This document shows, piece by piece, positions 11,322 to 29,600 of a stretch of 64,000 nt of DNA. This DNA is from Guillardia theta CCMP2712. Taxonomy: Eukaryota; Protista; Cryptophyta. Positions within the stretch are counted from its first letter, which is position 1; each line of letters starts with the position of its first letter. The position numbers and the translations under genes were made by a program. Below the pieces are notes generated by a model. That model searched no databases. It was not told where the DNA came from and was given only the letters and a program-made list of their open reading frames with translations. The stretch spans positions 118,482 through 182,481 of the forward strand of contig NW_005434594.1 of NCBI RefSeq assembly GCF_000315625.1, in the 5' to 3' direction.

Positions 11322-12044
11322 TTAGTTGAAGACAACAGGTGGGTTGGCGGCGGTGAGAAATCCGTTGGCAGCGTCCTGGATAGCCTTGGCAGCGGCAAGG
11401 ACCTCCTCGGACTTTCCAGCCTTGGCAGCAGAGGACACAGCCTCGATCCCCTTGTTCACAGATTCGACATAAGAGTAGAGAGCAGAGCCGGAAGCGGGGG
11501 CAAGCTTCTCGTTGAACTTGGGGAGGCCAAGGCCTCCAGCGGCCTTGGCGCCGTTGACATCGCGGAGGGCGTACTGCTCCATGGCATCCTTGAGAGGGCT
11601 AAGGTAAAGAGCACTGTAGCGGAGAACGTAGTCCTTATCGAACTTGGGCTTCTTTCCGCTGTTCATCTTCTCAATAGCAGCAACGAGGACTGGAACCTTG
11701 TTGGCGGCGACAGTGATCTTGCCTGCAAGGACAGCCTTCTGCTTGTCAAGGATGGAGGCAGCCTGAGTCATGGGCTGGCATCCCTTGTCAGCGGATCCGT
11801 TGCAGAGCTTGTCCCTGTTAGCATCGTTCTTTGGGAAGCCAGTGTTAGGATCGAAAGAAGCAGCACCAGCGGCGAGGGGAGCACCAACAGCGATGCTCAC
11901 ACCAACAGTCGCAGCTCCGCTGAGGAGATCCTTGCGGGAAACCTGCGCCTGGGGCTCAACCATCCTGAGGGAGGAGAGGGTGGGAGTGCTGAAGGCCTCA
12001 GCAGAGGCGACGAGCATAGCAGCGGCAGCGGCGGTGCGGAGCAT
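11322..12044 (-). CDS. Intronless plastid/thylakoid-lumen-targeted protein (240 aa), possibly a PsbQ-like helical extrinsic photosystem subunit
   Basis: [17 protein letters not shown]|F signal peptide with ASAF-type motif, short transit peptide, then SRKDLL-hydrophobic-AGA thylakoid transfer signal; mature part is amphipathic-helical with a Cys pair; strong C/G-ending codon bias suggests high expression. Confidence 0.8.
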   Translation of the reverse strand: MLRTAAAAAMLVASAEAFSTPTLSSLRMVEPQAQVSRKDLLSGAATVGVSIAVGAPLAAGAASFDPNTGFPKNDANRDKLCNGSADKGCQPMTQAASILDKQKAVLAGKITVAANKVPVLVAAIEKMNSGKKPKFDKDYVLRYSALYLSPLKDAMEQYALRDVNGAKAAGGLGLPKFNEKLAPASGSALYSYVESVNKGIEAVSSAAKAGKSEEVLAAAKAIQDAANGFLTAANPPVVFN

Positions 12045-14493
12045 GGTCAGAGCGGCGAGAGTTGCAAGGGGGTGGGGGTCCTCTATTACCACCAGGATCG
12101 CACACCCTACCCTCACAAAAATTGAGCCTTGTGGGGGTGGGGGGACACCTAAAATTTTGATTCCGGTGGTTATTTTATGTTTAATATTGTAGCATTTGGA
12201 CTCTGAATAATCTACAATAATGAAATTTACTAATTAATATTCAACATTTAGTGAAATTAGAGTTCCCCCACACCAAGAATCGTTGTACCGTCGCTAGAGT
12301 GCAAATGTTACGGGTTTGGACTGCTGTAAGAGCCGGAGGAGGGGTCCTCCTTATTGCCGACGAGGGTCCCCATTCGCTTTCATACTACCCGTCCTACTGA
12401 CTACTCAATCATCGGTACCGGACTACTAGTAACCCCACCACCTAAGAGACCGCACCCATCACAAACAACCCACCCATTTTGTTGATTCACACATAAAATC
12501 ACCACCAGAATATATTAGTACCACCCACCCCTCTTAGAAGAATGCCACAACACTAAAAGCATGACCACCCCCTCAGGAGAATGTTACACCCTCCACCCTC
12601 GCCGGCAATCAACTATGATGACCCCACCCTTTATTACCCCCACCCCCCTACACACCTTCCTTTGAGGTCGGTCTCTGAACTTACCCCTTTCTTTGAGCCA
12701 ATCCACCCCCGCGGAACCAACTACGATCATGAGAAACAAACCCCTCCTGATAACCCCTACCCTTGTTTGTGTATCATGACCCCACCCAGGTCATGTCGTA
12801 TCCCCATCCCCACATGAGCCCATGCCAGCTTGTGACGTACTAAAACGTCCGGTCACCCAACCCGGACGATCGGATGTGACACTACTGACCCGGTGCCGCC
12901 GCAGCGGGGCCCGGCAATGCCGGCCGGGCCGCCGCTCCCCGGAAGCGGCGCATTGAACTTGAACCGCCAAGTTTGACTCGGAATCTTTAATCGGTTGAAA
13001 AGCCTTGACTCGGACTCTGTGAGCGCCGCGCTCACTCAGTCGGCCGCTCAGCTACTGAGCAGACTGACTCCCGATGACCGTGACTGGCCGCTGGCCGGGC
13101 CGCACTGCACTCAGGTCCGCGCCGCGGGCGCAGTGACGCCTCAGTGTGACGGTCGGCGGCGAGTGCCGGCGAGCCCGGGCCGCCGCTGGCCCGGGGCTTC
13201 ACACTGCCCGATCACTGAATCATTACTAGCGGCTATCGGAATCATCAGCGGCAACCGCGGCCCGCCCATGCTCGGAATCGGATGGCAGGCGGGCAGAGCA
13301 CCGGGTGAGGCTGACCGTACCGACGGTCGAGTCCGGCGTCTGAGTCTGTGACTGCGCCGGGCCACACTGAACGGTGCCGCAATTGCACTGCGGCAGCGGG
13401 GCCGGGCGGTCGGCCTGGGCCGGCGAGTCTCAGAGTCAGGCTGCCAGGCTGCCAGTAACTAAGAGTCTGATCTGCTCGGTCCACTGCCAAGACTCACTGG
13501 CAGTAACTCATGATCAGCCCAGCCCAGTCAGTCACAGTGCCAAGTTCATATATCTACTCAGTTGAGTCTTGCTTCAACCGTACTGCCTGCATGACACCTG
13601 AGGTGCTGGCGAGGTAAGAAGAGTCCGACAGTCCCTTCTCCTTGTCCCTCATACACTCTTGCGGGCACCTAGTGTTGAACGGAGGTATTCAAAAAAAAAA
13701 AAAAAAAAAGCGCTTTGGCTGGCGTACTTGCTCTCTTACTGCGCTATCAGTGTCAGTGCCTCATCGTCCTGCGCATGAAAGATGAGGGCGCTCGATCAAG
13801 ATCTCCGTGATGCTGATGCAAGAATGTAGAGCAAAGCGTCGTCAGCAACAGGCAGAGAAGGAGTGGCTCAATATCAGCCGAGAACATCTCGCTAAGGATA
13901 CTTGTCAAGCAGAGTGTCACTATCCGATAGCGTAATGATGTTTTGTTTCTGACTGACATCTCTATTCATGTTATGAACTGGCCATCTCTCAAAATTCTCA
14001 ACTATCAACTTTACAGACATCGTCTTTCCTGCGACTGACAACATCTCTACCTATCAATTATAACAAGATTATGTGCGATGTGAGTACTGCTGTGAACGAG
14101 CAATCTATCCCTTCCGCGATTTTGCTCGCAATCGCTTTCACGAAATTCCATCCTGAAACTTTTGTCGAGCTTGATTTCATTCACAAGTCTCAGCACTTTT
14201 GATACCTGCAACCTATGATCACTGCAGTTGGGGTCAGACGAGAACGTATGTGCACCCTAACGTGCAGCAGCAACAGATGACAGACGATGATTTTTCTCGA
14301 CGGAATAGAGATATAAAGCATTCAAGAACACCCTTGAAATTTTGTTCCCTGCATAACCTGGTTGAGGCATGTTCACACCCCTGTCTTTTGTGGATTCTTG
14401 ATTTATTTGTATAGTACAATCAAAACTACTTGATCCTCCCCATCCATATGTACACTACCTGTCACTACCCTCTACCTGCTGACTGGTCTCCCT

Positions 14494-14788
14494 GTCCTCG
14501 CCCATCACAGCACCTGCGGCCTCCCCCGCGCGTCTTTGATTCTCCGGTGCTCCAGGATCATCGAGATGCTGGCGCGCAGGGCCGCGATCTGCTTGGCGCG
14601 GCTGATAGGAGCGTATCCGGTCGAGTGAGCTCTCGCTGTGAGGGCGGGTGCGAGGCGATCTGTCGGGGGGAGTGATGAGGACGAGGGAGGAGAGCAGGAG
14701 GGGGCATGGCGTCGAGGAGCACGTAGGAAGTGCTGGGAGGGGGGAGGGGGGACGGGGGAGGGGAAGGGCATGGGGCAGCGGTCATGGA
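14494..14788 (-). repeat. Left arm of a ~295-bp inverted duplication carrying a ~93-aa ORF (MTAAPCP...RGRPQVL)
   Basis: Reverse complement of 15227-15522, differing only in a few positions, mostly in the G/C run. Confidence 0.9.
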
Positions 14789-15226
14789 GATGAGTACGGA
14801 AGGAGTATGGGACCGTGAAGGCATTTGAAGACTTTACCACGTGACATGGAAGGTTCTAGACTGCGTTGGAGGCAGATACGCGATGGTCATCATGAAGAGG
14901 TCAGAGCCGAATGTCATACGGTCGTATCTTCAAGGGTTCAACTTGGAACCGTGTAGGCTGATTATCCCACGTGACAACGGGGGAAAGGCTGACGTGGGGC
15001 TGTTGTAAAGTACAATCACAGTCACTTGTGGTCATCGTGTCGCCTCAAGAGGTCAGAGCCAACTGGAGGAGCTTCGATTCCCCGGGTTACTCCCATGTCA
15101 TGTCGCTGACCTTGTAACCTTCCAGACAATTCTATATCACACGCTAGCTGTAAAATGAAGATCCGCCCGTTGCCCCTAGAAGTACGGGAAGTGTCCCAAA
15201 CTTTGTTGCTACAGCAGATCGCCGTG

Positions 15227-15522
15227 TCCATGACCGCTGCCCCATGCCCTTCCCCGTCCCCCCTCCCCCCTCCCCCCTCCCAGCACTTCCTACGTGCTCC
15301 TCGACGCCATGCCCCCTCCTGCTCTCCTCCCTCGTCCTCATCACTCCCCCCGACAGATCGCCTCGCACCCGCCCTCACAGCGAGAGCTCACTCGACCGGG
15401 TACGCTCCTATCAGCCGCGCCAAGCAGATCGCGGCCCTGCGCGCCAGCATCTCGATGATCCTGGAGCACCGGAGAATCAAAGACGCGCGGGGGAGGCCGC
15501 AGGTGCTGTGATGGGCGAGGAC
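15227..15522 (+). repeat. Right arm of the inverted duplication carrying the same small ORF
   Basis: ORFs 14505..14840(-) and 15155..15511(+) share SMTAAPCPSP..SQHFLRAPRRHAP...RIKDARGRPQVL*. Confidence 0.9.
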
Positions 15523-16764
15523 GAGGCAGTCAGCTTGTACAATACGAATACAACAATAGCAAGTAGCTCTTCGTCCAACACAAGGTACCAAGCATCTACT
15601 TGATGCTACTTCACTACGGTCTTCTTCCTGGATGGTGATGACCTGCTTGGATGTCGCGTGTTGATTGTCGCAGTGGACTCCTTGGACGTTCAAAATCTTC
15701 ACAGCTCAAAATGTTGGCAAGACTCCGAGCTACTAGTGTACATCTGGCAATGAAATGGCCACTCCAGTCTGACTCGAGGATGAAAGCGGAGCTTGTTTGG
15801 CCCTTATTTTCAAGTGCAAAGCTGCAAGGGAGTTCACGAATCAGTCATGGCATTGAGCGTGAGCTCAGGCTCGGTAGGAGAGGTAGCATAGACATGCATG
15901 GGGTCAGCGACGTGCTCAAGCATATGCCACTAGCGCTTGAGACGCATGACTGTGTCGGGGGGGTCACACAACGCTAGTAGATCGAGCTGCTGTATACCAA
16001 ACACAGACATCAACGACACTACGAGCAAAGTCAGGACCAGAAAAGGCAAAGAATCAGAAGATGAACGTCTCTACCTTTGCTTGGGGTAGACTACGTTCGA
16101 ATACCACTGGAGACAGACTACGCTCAAACACCACGCTTGGTTCACACGCAAGGGGAAGGAACTTCCGGAGATCCAACGCTGATGACGCGTCCGGTTGAAA
16201 AGAGAGTATCCGTAGGTATATCCTTGACCCCGGAACGGATACAACACTCGCTATGCGTCGGGATCGGACGGAGGAGTCGGGAAATGCAATTGTGGGTTGA
16301 AGAGAGGGTTGGCTCTTTATGATTGCTGTATCATATAAAGATTACAATGTAACTTGATGATCCGTTGACGCCGGCTGACTGGCAGCCAGTGTTTGCGGCG
16401 TAGGAGGCTGACAGTGACCGTATCGGACTTGAAGCTTTCAAAAGTCACTGACTCAGTGAGTTTCATACGCGGCAGGCTGAAGTGTGACAGTGCATCCCAC
16501 TGACGGTAGCACTGCCGGCGCCGCGCTCGCGCGGGCGCGGCTCGCGGGCCGGCGCCGGCCCGCCGGGCCTGCCAGTGCGCCGCTGAAATGCCTCCAAGTT
16601 AGGTTTCGAAGCTTCAAATGTGGTTTCAAACTAGCGAGCGAAAGTATGCCGCAGGCAGCCTTGAGATGCAATGGAGAGGTCGACAGAGATCGGAAGAGAG
16701 GAAGAAGAGGAGGCAGAGAGACGCTAGCGAGGAATGCAGTCTCGGGGGAGAACATGCACGTACG

Positions 16765-22411
<5,647 letters not shown>

Positions 22412-22598
22412 TCATTATGAGTGATGTTGTTGAAGACACAAGTTGAACGACAACTCACGAAGAGTGTCGATGACAATGTCTTATTGATTTCCATTCCTTG
22501 TATTACAAACACGTTCAGTCGCGCTGGTTTCGATCTTGACAGGAGACTTTGACGGTGTTGACGATGGGAGGGGAGGGAGAAGAAGTCAACGGGCCCGA

Positions 22599-23024
22599 TC
22601 ACTTGGATGGTGCTGGGGAGTCTGCAGGAGCTGTTGTAGCAAGTAAGTAGAAGGAAGCGAGGGAGGGGGAGAAATTCAGCAAATGCAACATGTTCGAAAG
22701 AGAAGAATGCGATCGAACAAGACAGAAGAAGGAAGAAAAATATTTCACAACAGAGGTGCAGAAGAAAAGATCAGAGAAAACAAAACAACCAAAACAGCAC
22801 AACGTGCAAACTGAGCAAGAGATGTATTCTTGCTCACCGTTCAGTCCAAACGGGGCCCATGGACGAACGCCGGGAAGAATTTTCCCCTGAGACAGAGAAG
22901 ATCAGTCTCAACATGTGAAGGCGCAAAAGTTGCAAAACAATGGAGACATTCGTTGTCTTCAACCCTCCTCCCCTTGTCTCGCCCACAACTTCTCCTTTTC
23001 ATCCTCCCGCTTCTCCCTTGATTA

Positions 23025-23112
<88 letters not shown>

Positions 23113-24003
23113 CCTCTCTCCTCCTCTCCCTCCTCTTCCCTCTCACCTCCTTCGCCTGCTCCTGCCTCTGCACTTGAATCGCCCTCTCCTCAGCGTCCGG
23201 CAGCCTGAGATCTCCCGCCAGCGGCGATCGCGCGTAGACTTCGAGGAGGACGAGGAGGGCGATGCAGGCCCAGGTCCCGTTCTTGATCATCCTCATCATA
23301 TCTCCTGACAGACCGAAGGCAGCATCAATATCAGCCTCTTTCTCCTCCTCCTTGTCCTTCTTCCTCTTCCACTTGGGCTCGTTTACGATCGCTGCCTTGG
23401 GAATGTCCTCAATGAGCGACTCCAGGGATCGGTCTCTGATCAGCTTCTTCACGGAGACATCCGCATCCACATCCTCCACGCTCTCCGAGGAGGAGGAGGA
23501 CGAGGAGTAGAGCTCAGTGGCGTCGGGAGAGGAGGGGGCAGCCTTGGTCTTCGAGGAGGACACCTTCTTTCCCTTCTTCTTCGCTTGCATGGCAACGGAG
23601 CTGCAGCTGCGGGGGTTGGGAAGGATAGAGAGAGGCTGACCATTGCGCAGGAGGAGACAGGAGGACGAAGAGCGTGAGGTAGGAGCAAGAGGGAGCTGAA
23701 CAAACCCGCTGGCAGCGATGAAACTGAGGAGATGTATGTCAGCATGGATGAAAATGACCTCCTATTCTCTTTATCTTCATTTCACTTCTACTTTTTGATG
23801 TCTTATTCTCCTCTCCTCCTCCAGTCCTCTCTTCTACACCTAATTCTATCGCCTTCTCCCTTGCTACTTCCTTCATTCCCTGCCTCTACTCTCCTCTCTC
23901 CTCATCTCTCTCATCTCCTCTCCTCTCCTCTCCTCTCCTCTCCTCTCCTCTCCTCTCCCCCTCCTCACCTGCCCACAAGCATAACGTTTGCCAGGCTGTG
24001 CAT
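22599..24003 (-). CDS. Plastid-targeted single-TM protein of unknown function
   Basis: Spliced N-terminus MHSLANVMLVGSFIAASG|FVQLPLAPTSRSS (signal peptide + ASG-F motif), acidic/basic linker, TM GTWACIALLVLLEVYA, final exons GKILPGVRPWAPFGLN and DSPAPSK*. Confidence 0.65.
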
Positions 24004-24489
24004 GGTTTCGCCTTATATCAAGTTTGACTACAGACGTGGATATTTGACTAGAAATGCCGAAATGGTCGCCAAGCCGATCCCACAGTGCGTTCCGTCTCCC
24101 TCCTCCTCCTCCTCCTCCTCCTCCTCCTCCTCCTCCTCCTCCTCCCCTGTCCCCCTACCTCTTCCTCATCTTACAGATCCTCTCCCTTGTCCTCCTCCTT
24201 GCCATCACCCGCGGCAGACGAGAAGGGTCTCAGGCTGCCATGGCGCAAAGAAGAGGGATATATTGACTACAGGCGTGCAGTGACATCTTTTACAGGGATG
24301 CGAAGGGAGAGGGCTGGAGCGGTGAAGGGGAGAGGACAACGGACAAGATGGAGTAGGAGAAGACAGGCAGTGAGTGAGTGAGTGAGAGTAGGAGTAGGAA
24401 GAGGAGTAGGAGTAGGAGTAGGAGTAGGAGTAGGAGTAGGAGTAGGAGTAGAAGGAGGAGGAGAAATAGTTTATCTATTACAGTGCAAG

Positions 24490-26553
24490 TTAAGCTGGAG
24501 TTACAGAAGAACGATATTCTTCTTCCAGGTTGTCCGGTGCCTCCGTGAATCCCTGGCAGCTTCGTGAGGAGGAGGGATGAACACGCGTGGGGGAAGAGTT
24601 GTAGAGGACTGAGGAGGAGGAGGGAGGGGGAAGACAAGTGGGAGGAGAAAGAGGAAGAAGAGGAGGGAGGAGGGATCAGAGGAGGAAGGAGGGGTATGAA
24701 GAGGAGGAAGGAGGGGTATGAAGAGGAGGAAGGAGGGGTATGAAGAGGAGGAAGGAGGGGTATGAAGAGGAGGAAGGAGGGGTATGAAGAGGAGGAAGGA
24801 GGGGTATGAAGAGGAGGAAGGAGGGGTATGAAGAGGAGGAAGGGGGGTGGGAGGGTCACCTCCATGGGAGGAAGTTTCTCGCGCGAGGTTGGACGATTCA
24901 TGATCGGGTTTTGCTCGAGCTCGTCCTGCAAAGAACGTGAGAAGATGATGGAGAAGAAGTAGAAGAAGAAGAAGAAGAAGAAGAAGTAGAAGAAGTAGAA
25001 GAAGTAGAAGTAGAAGTAGAAGAAGAAGAAGAAGAAGTAGAAGAAGTAGAAGTAGAAGTAGTAGAAGAAGAAGCAGAAGAAGTAGGAGTAGTAGAAGAAA
25101 ACGATGATGATGTTGAGGAGAAGGAGGAGGAGGTGGTCGTGGTGGTACCAGTCGTTGTCTTAGCCTCCTGATTTCATCCCTTTGCATCTCGATCTCCTTT
25201 GCCGCCTGCGTTCAAAATTAAAACCACCCTCCACTCTTCTCCTCCCCTCCCTGTCCTCCTTCCCTGCACGTTCTGTCTCTTCTATCTCTTCTCCTTTGCT
25301 GATCTCTTCATCCCCCCCCCCCCCCCCACTTCCTTCTCCTCTCTTGAACTCTCTCCTTCCCTCCCCTCCACTCCTCACCTCTATGCTCGAGGATACAGCT
25401 CTGCTTCCTCTCCCTGAGCCCGTCGAGAACTGCGGCGTCTCCTTCCCGTTGGGAACTCCTGGCGGTCTTGGGCCCTGGGCAAAGCGTGAGGAAACAAGAT
25501 GGTCGGAGGAGGCAACGAAGAGGAGAGGGAAGAAGGAAGGAGAGGAGGTGAGAAGGAGAAGTTGCGGTTGCAAAGGAAGGGAAGAAGAGGGTTTGAGCAA
25601 GGGAGGGGGGGGGGGGCAATGGAAGTAGAGAAGAAGGAGGGAGGGAGGAGGAGAAGGTGGAGGAGGAGGATAAGGATGACGATGAGGAGAAAATGATCGA
25701 GAGTTTTCACCTGCTTGAGACTTTTGATCTCACGACGGAGCTCATTGATCTCCTTGACTAGCGCGACGTTCTCCTGTTTTGCAAAATAGATCACAACCAA
25801 AGAAATAAAACAACCAAATCAAGAGAACACTCATAGGAAGAGAGGGTCAGGATGAGGCAGTGAAGAATTATGATGATGATGATGAGGAGGAGGAGGTGGT
25901 GGTGGAGATGTAGAGCAGTCAACACATCACTGCCAGCGGCGGCATGCCAGGTCCTCACATTCATAATTCTCATGCTCTCAGTCTTGTGCAAGTCCATGTC
26001 CTTGGAGAGCTTTCTCTTGAGAGAGTCGACAGTCTTCTCAAGGTACTCTCGCTGAAAGCACATCAGAACTACTCGACTTCAGCGACTTGTCCTGACCTGC
26101 CGGTTGTACTCCTTCTGAATGTCTTGATCCACTTCAGCCCCCTGTTGACAGCCATAGCGTGACGAGACGGCAGGAAGGAGTGAGGGGGAGAGGGAGAGGG
26201 AGGGAGGGGAGAGAAAGCGAGGGGGAGGGAAGGGAGAGGGAGAGGGAGGGAGGAAGGGAGATTGGAAGATGGAGAGGAGAGGGAAGGGAAGAGGGATAGA
26301 AGACCTTAGGGGCGGAGACGACATGCTTGTGATAGAGAGCTTTCACTGATTCCTTGAGCTGCTTCGGCTCGGTGATGAGCTGGACGACAGCATGGAGGTC
26401 ATGGCAGAAGCGCTTAATCTGGTCCTCGAGCTCCGACATCCTGACAGCCCATCAGGTAGATGAAGAGAAAGAAGATAACGATGAGAATGAGGAGTTGTGA
26501 AGATAACATGATGATAAGCATAATACGCATGAGGATCAAGGCAAGTATGATCA

Positions 26554-26602
<49 letters not shown>

Positions 26603-29600
26603 GTGAGGACGACGACGATGGTGAGGAGGAGGAGGAGGAATGCTGAGGGAATAGGGAGGGGAGGGGAGAAGGAGAGGATACGTGGAGCAGGAGGAGTAGA
26701 GAAAGAGAAGAAGATTAGCCAGAAAAATGATGGGGACCAATGTTATGGGATGGAATGTAGGAATTTTTCCTACTTTTTCCTCTGGTTCACGATCTCTTGC
26801 TGCTGTCCCTCCAACTTCAGTTTGTTGTCAGCTATGGTGAGCTCCAGATTACTGCCATACATGTCAAAAGTCAGGACAAGAACCGAGGAGCAAGAGCATG
26901 ATTCAGTCAAACAAGGGAGGAGGAGGGAGGGTAGGAGTAGGAGTACAAAGCAGGGGGAGGGGGGGGGGGGGAGAGAAGGAGCGGGAGAAGGAAACAAGGA
27001 GGAGGAGGAGGAGGAGGAGACGAAGGAGGAGGAGGAGGAGGAGGAGGAAGGAGGAGGAGGAGAAGGAGGAGGAGGAGAAGGAGGAGGAGGAGGAGGAGGA
27101 GGAGGAGGAGGAGGAGGAGGAGGAGGGAGGACGACGAAAGGNNNNNNNNNNNNNNNNNNNNNNNNNNNNNNNNNNNNNNNNNNNNNNNNNNNNNNNNNNN
27201 NNNNNNNNNNNNNNNNNNNNNNNNNNNNNNNNNNNNNNNNNAGCAAGACCTGTTGGCTTATGGTATCTCTCAAGCTCGTTGTCCATCTCCTTGATCTGAA
27301 GCTTCATGTCGGATATCTCGAGCTCGCGCGGCTCAATCTGCTTCTTGAGCTCCTTGATCTTGTAGTCGAGCACGAACTTGAACTTCTCCAGCTCCTGGTT
27401 CTTCTTCTTCAGATCGTAAATTCTCTTCTCCTTGTCCCCGATCGTCTCGTCCCTCTCCCTGATCTCCTTCTTCAGCCCCGAGATCTCCTTCTCCAGCATC
27501 GAGATCTGGTGGTAGAGCTCCTTCTGCCTTGTCACCAGCTTCTTGTTGTCGTCCTTGGCCGCCTCTATCTCCTTCAGCTGCGCATGGAATTTCTTCCGCA
27601 TGATCCCGTTCTCTCCCTTCAGCCGAAGGTGCTGCTCTCTCTCTGCCCCCAGCTTCGACTCGTACTTGTCCTTGAGCTCCTCGATCTCCTGGTCTGCGTC
27701 CTCCTCCACCTGCTTCCTTGTCTCTTCCAGCTCCCTCATCAGCTCCTCCTTCTCGTCCCTCACTCGCTGAAGCGCAAGCTGCTCCTCCTGCAGCTTGTAC
27801 TCGTACTCGTCCGTCAGCTCCTGCACGAGCCGCTCGTGCGATTCGACCAGCAGCGAGTTCTGCTCGTCCCATCGCTCGTTCAAGAGCTCCTTCTCATCCG
27901 ACAGTTGCCGATACCGCTCCACCTCCGCCATGATCTTCTGCTGGTACTGCGCCTCCATCTGCTGCACAGCAGCAGCATGCCTCTCCTCAATATTCTTGAT
28001 CTTCTCCTCATACTCCATCTCCATCTCGCTCTTCTCCGTGATCAGGCTCTCGCACCTCGCTTTCTCTCCCTCCAGCTCGCTGCTGTACTTCTCAGTCAGC
28101 TGCGTGAGCTTGTCCTTGGCCTCCTTCTCCTTGAGTCGGATCGTGTACTGAGTGTGCGTGTGGAGCTCGTCGACCTTGTTCTTCAGGTCAACCATGTGGG
28201 CTGTCTTCTCCTCCAGGTCGCTCTTGGTGACCAGGATCTCCTCAGAGAACGGCAAGATCTCCTTCTCCTTCTTCGACCCCCTGACCTCCTTGTCCCGCAC
28301 GTCCAGGATCAGCAGCGAGCCGTCCTCCGACACAGAGAACAGATGGGAGTCATCGTATGTGATACACATCCTCGTGATAGCTCTAGAGTGGCACAGGAAC
28401 TCCTGGTACTCCGACGACAGCGGGAACTTCCAACTCTGCACGGTTCCGTCCTCCCCACCGGTGAAGAGCATCCTCCCCGAGTGAGACAGGCAGACCTGCG
28501 TCATGAGCTGGCCCCCAGCCTCGAACTCCTTGGCGATGTTCGATTCAGAGATCTCCTTGATCTTCTTGTCGCTTCCCACAGCAAACGTCGTCCTGCCGTC
28601 AGGGGTGCAGACGCATGATGTGTAGTTGCAGCTCTTCAGCACGTTCTCTCCTATCCTCTTGTAGTCTTTGAGGTTCCACTCGTAGCAGGCCCCGTCCATC
28701 CCGCAAGAGGTCAGCATCGTGTCGTCGGCGGACCAGCACAGGCTCCGGACCTTGCCATTGTGACCTCGCAGGTTCCCCAAGTTCTCGCAGGTGTAGGTAG
28801 CAAAGATGTTGATGGTGTTGCCGTTGACGGCTGCAAACATGTGACCTCCGTTGCTGAACTTACACTCTCTGCACGCCTTGATCGCAAACTCTTTGAACGG
28901 CCGGATGTCGTCCATAACGATATTCATCAGCCTCATCTTGTCGCTGAAACCCACCAGGATGTGAAGGCCGGAGGGATGGAAAGCGATGCTATGCGCCTCC
29001 TCGTTGAAGAACTTGGTCAGGTCAAGAGTCTTGTCCATGTAATTCCAGATCCTGACTGATTTGTCCAGCCCGCAAGTGGCCACCAGCGGCTTCCGGATGC
29101 AAGTGTCGACCCCCGTCACCTGCCCGGCATGGAAGGAGGTAGCGAGAAAGTCGATGTTCTTCTCCTCCGGCTTCATGATGTCAACGTTGCTGAGCGCGAA
29201 GGAGAAGAGCTGGTTGTTCTCCGTAGCGCACAGCAGTTGCTCCTCCGTGTGGCTGACTGTCAGGTGCCGGATCTTGACAGCGTTGTTGTCGATGGAAAAG
29301 ACCTTTGACCTCCTGTACATATCCTTGTCCTCTGTCTTGTCGTAGATCGCCAGGTTGCCGTCGTCGCTCCCTGTCACTATCCCCTTGGAGAAGCCCACGA
29401 TCGACTCGATCGAGTTCGAGTCAGCAGGCGATCGGGCAATAAATCCCTTCAGCTCCCCTCCCTCTACTACCAGCAGGTCCCCAGTATCGGTTCCAACTAC
29501 CAGCCTTTCCTCGCTCACCCACGAATGGCACAGGTAGTTCTGCGCCTCTCGCTTCCCCAGAGGGCTCTGCAGCAGCTTCAGGTTGGACTCAGTGAGCTTA

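Noticed and set aside
13590-14420. Possible small-exon plus-strand gene
   Set aside because: Splice-like signals are present but I could not build a consistent reading frame or recognise a domain.
15530-16340. Possible minus-strand gene
   Set aside because: Complex sequence with some splice-like sites but no convincing frame or motif.
24679-24843. Telomere-like or CRISPR-like repeat
   Set aside because: Perfect 22-bp tandem units inside an intron, without spacers or a telomeric hexamer.
26555-28618. 687-aa plus-strand Leu-rich ORF
   Set aside because: Antisense shadow of the CFAP57 coiled-coil exon joined to repeats and a gap.
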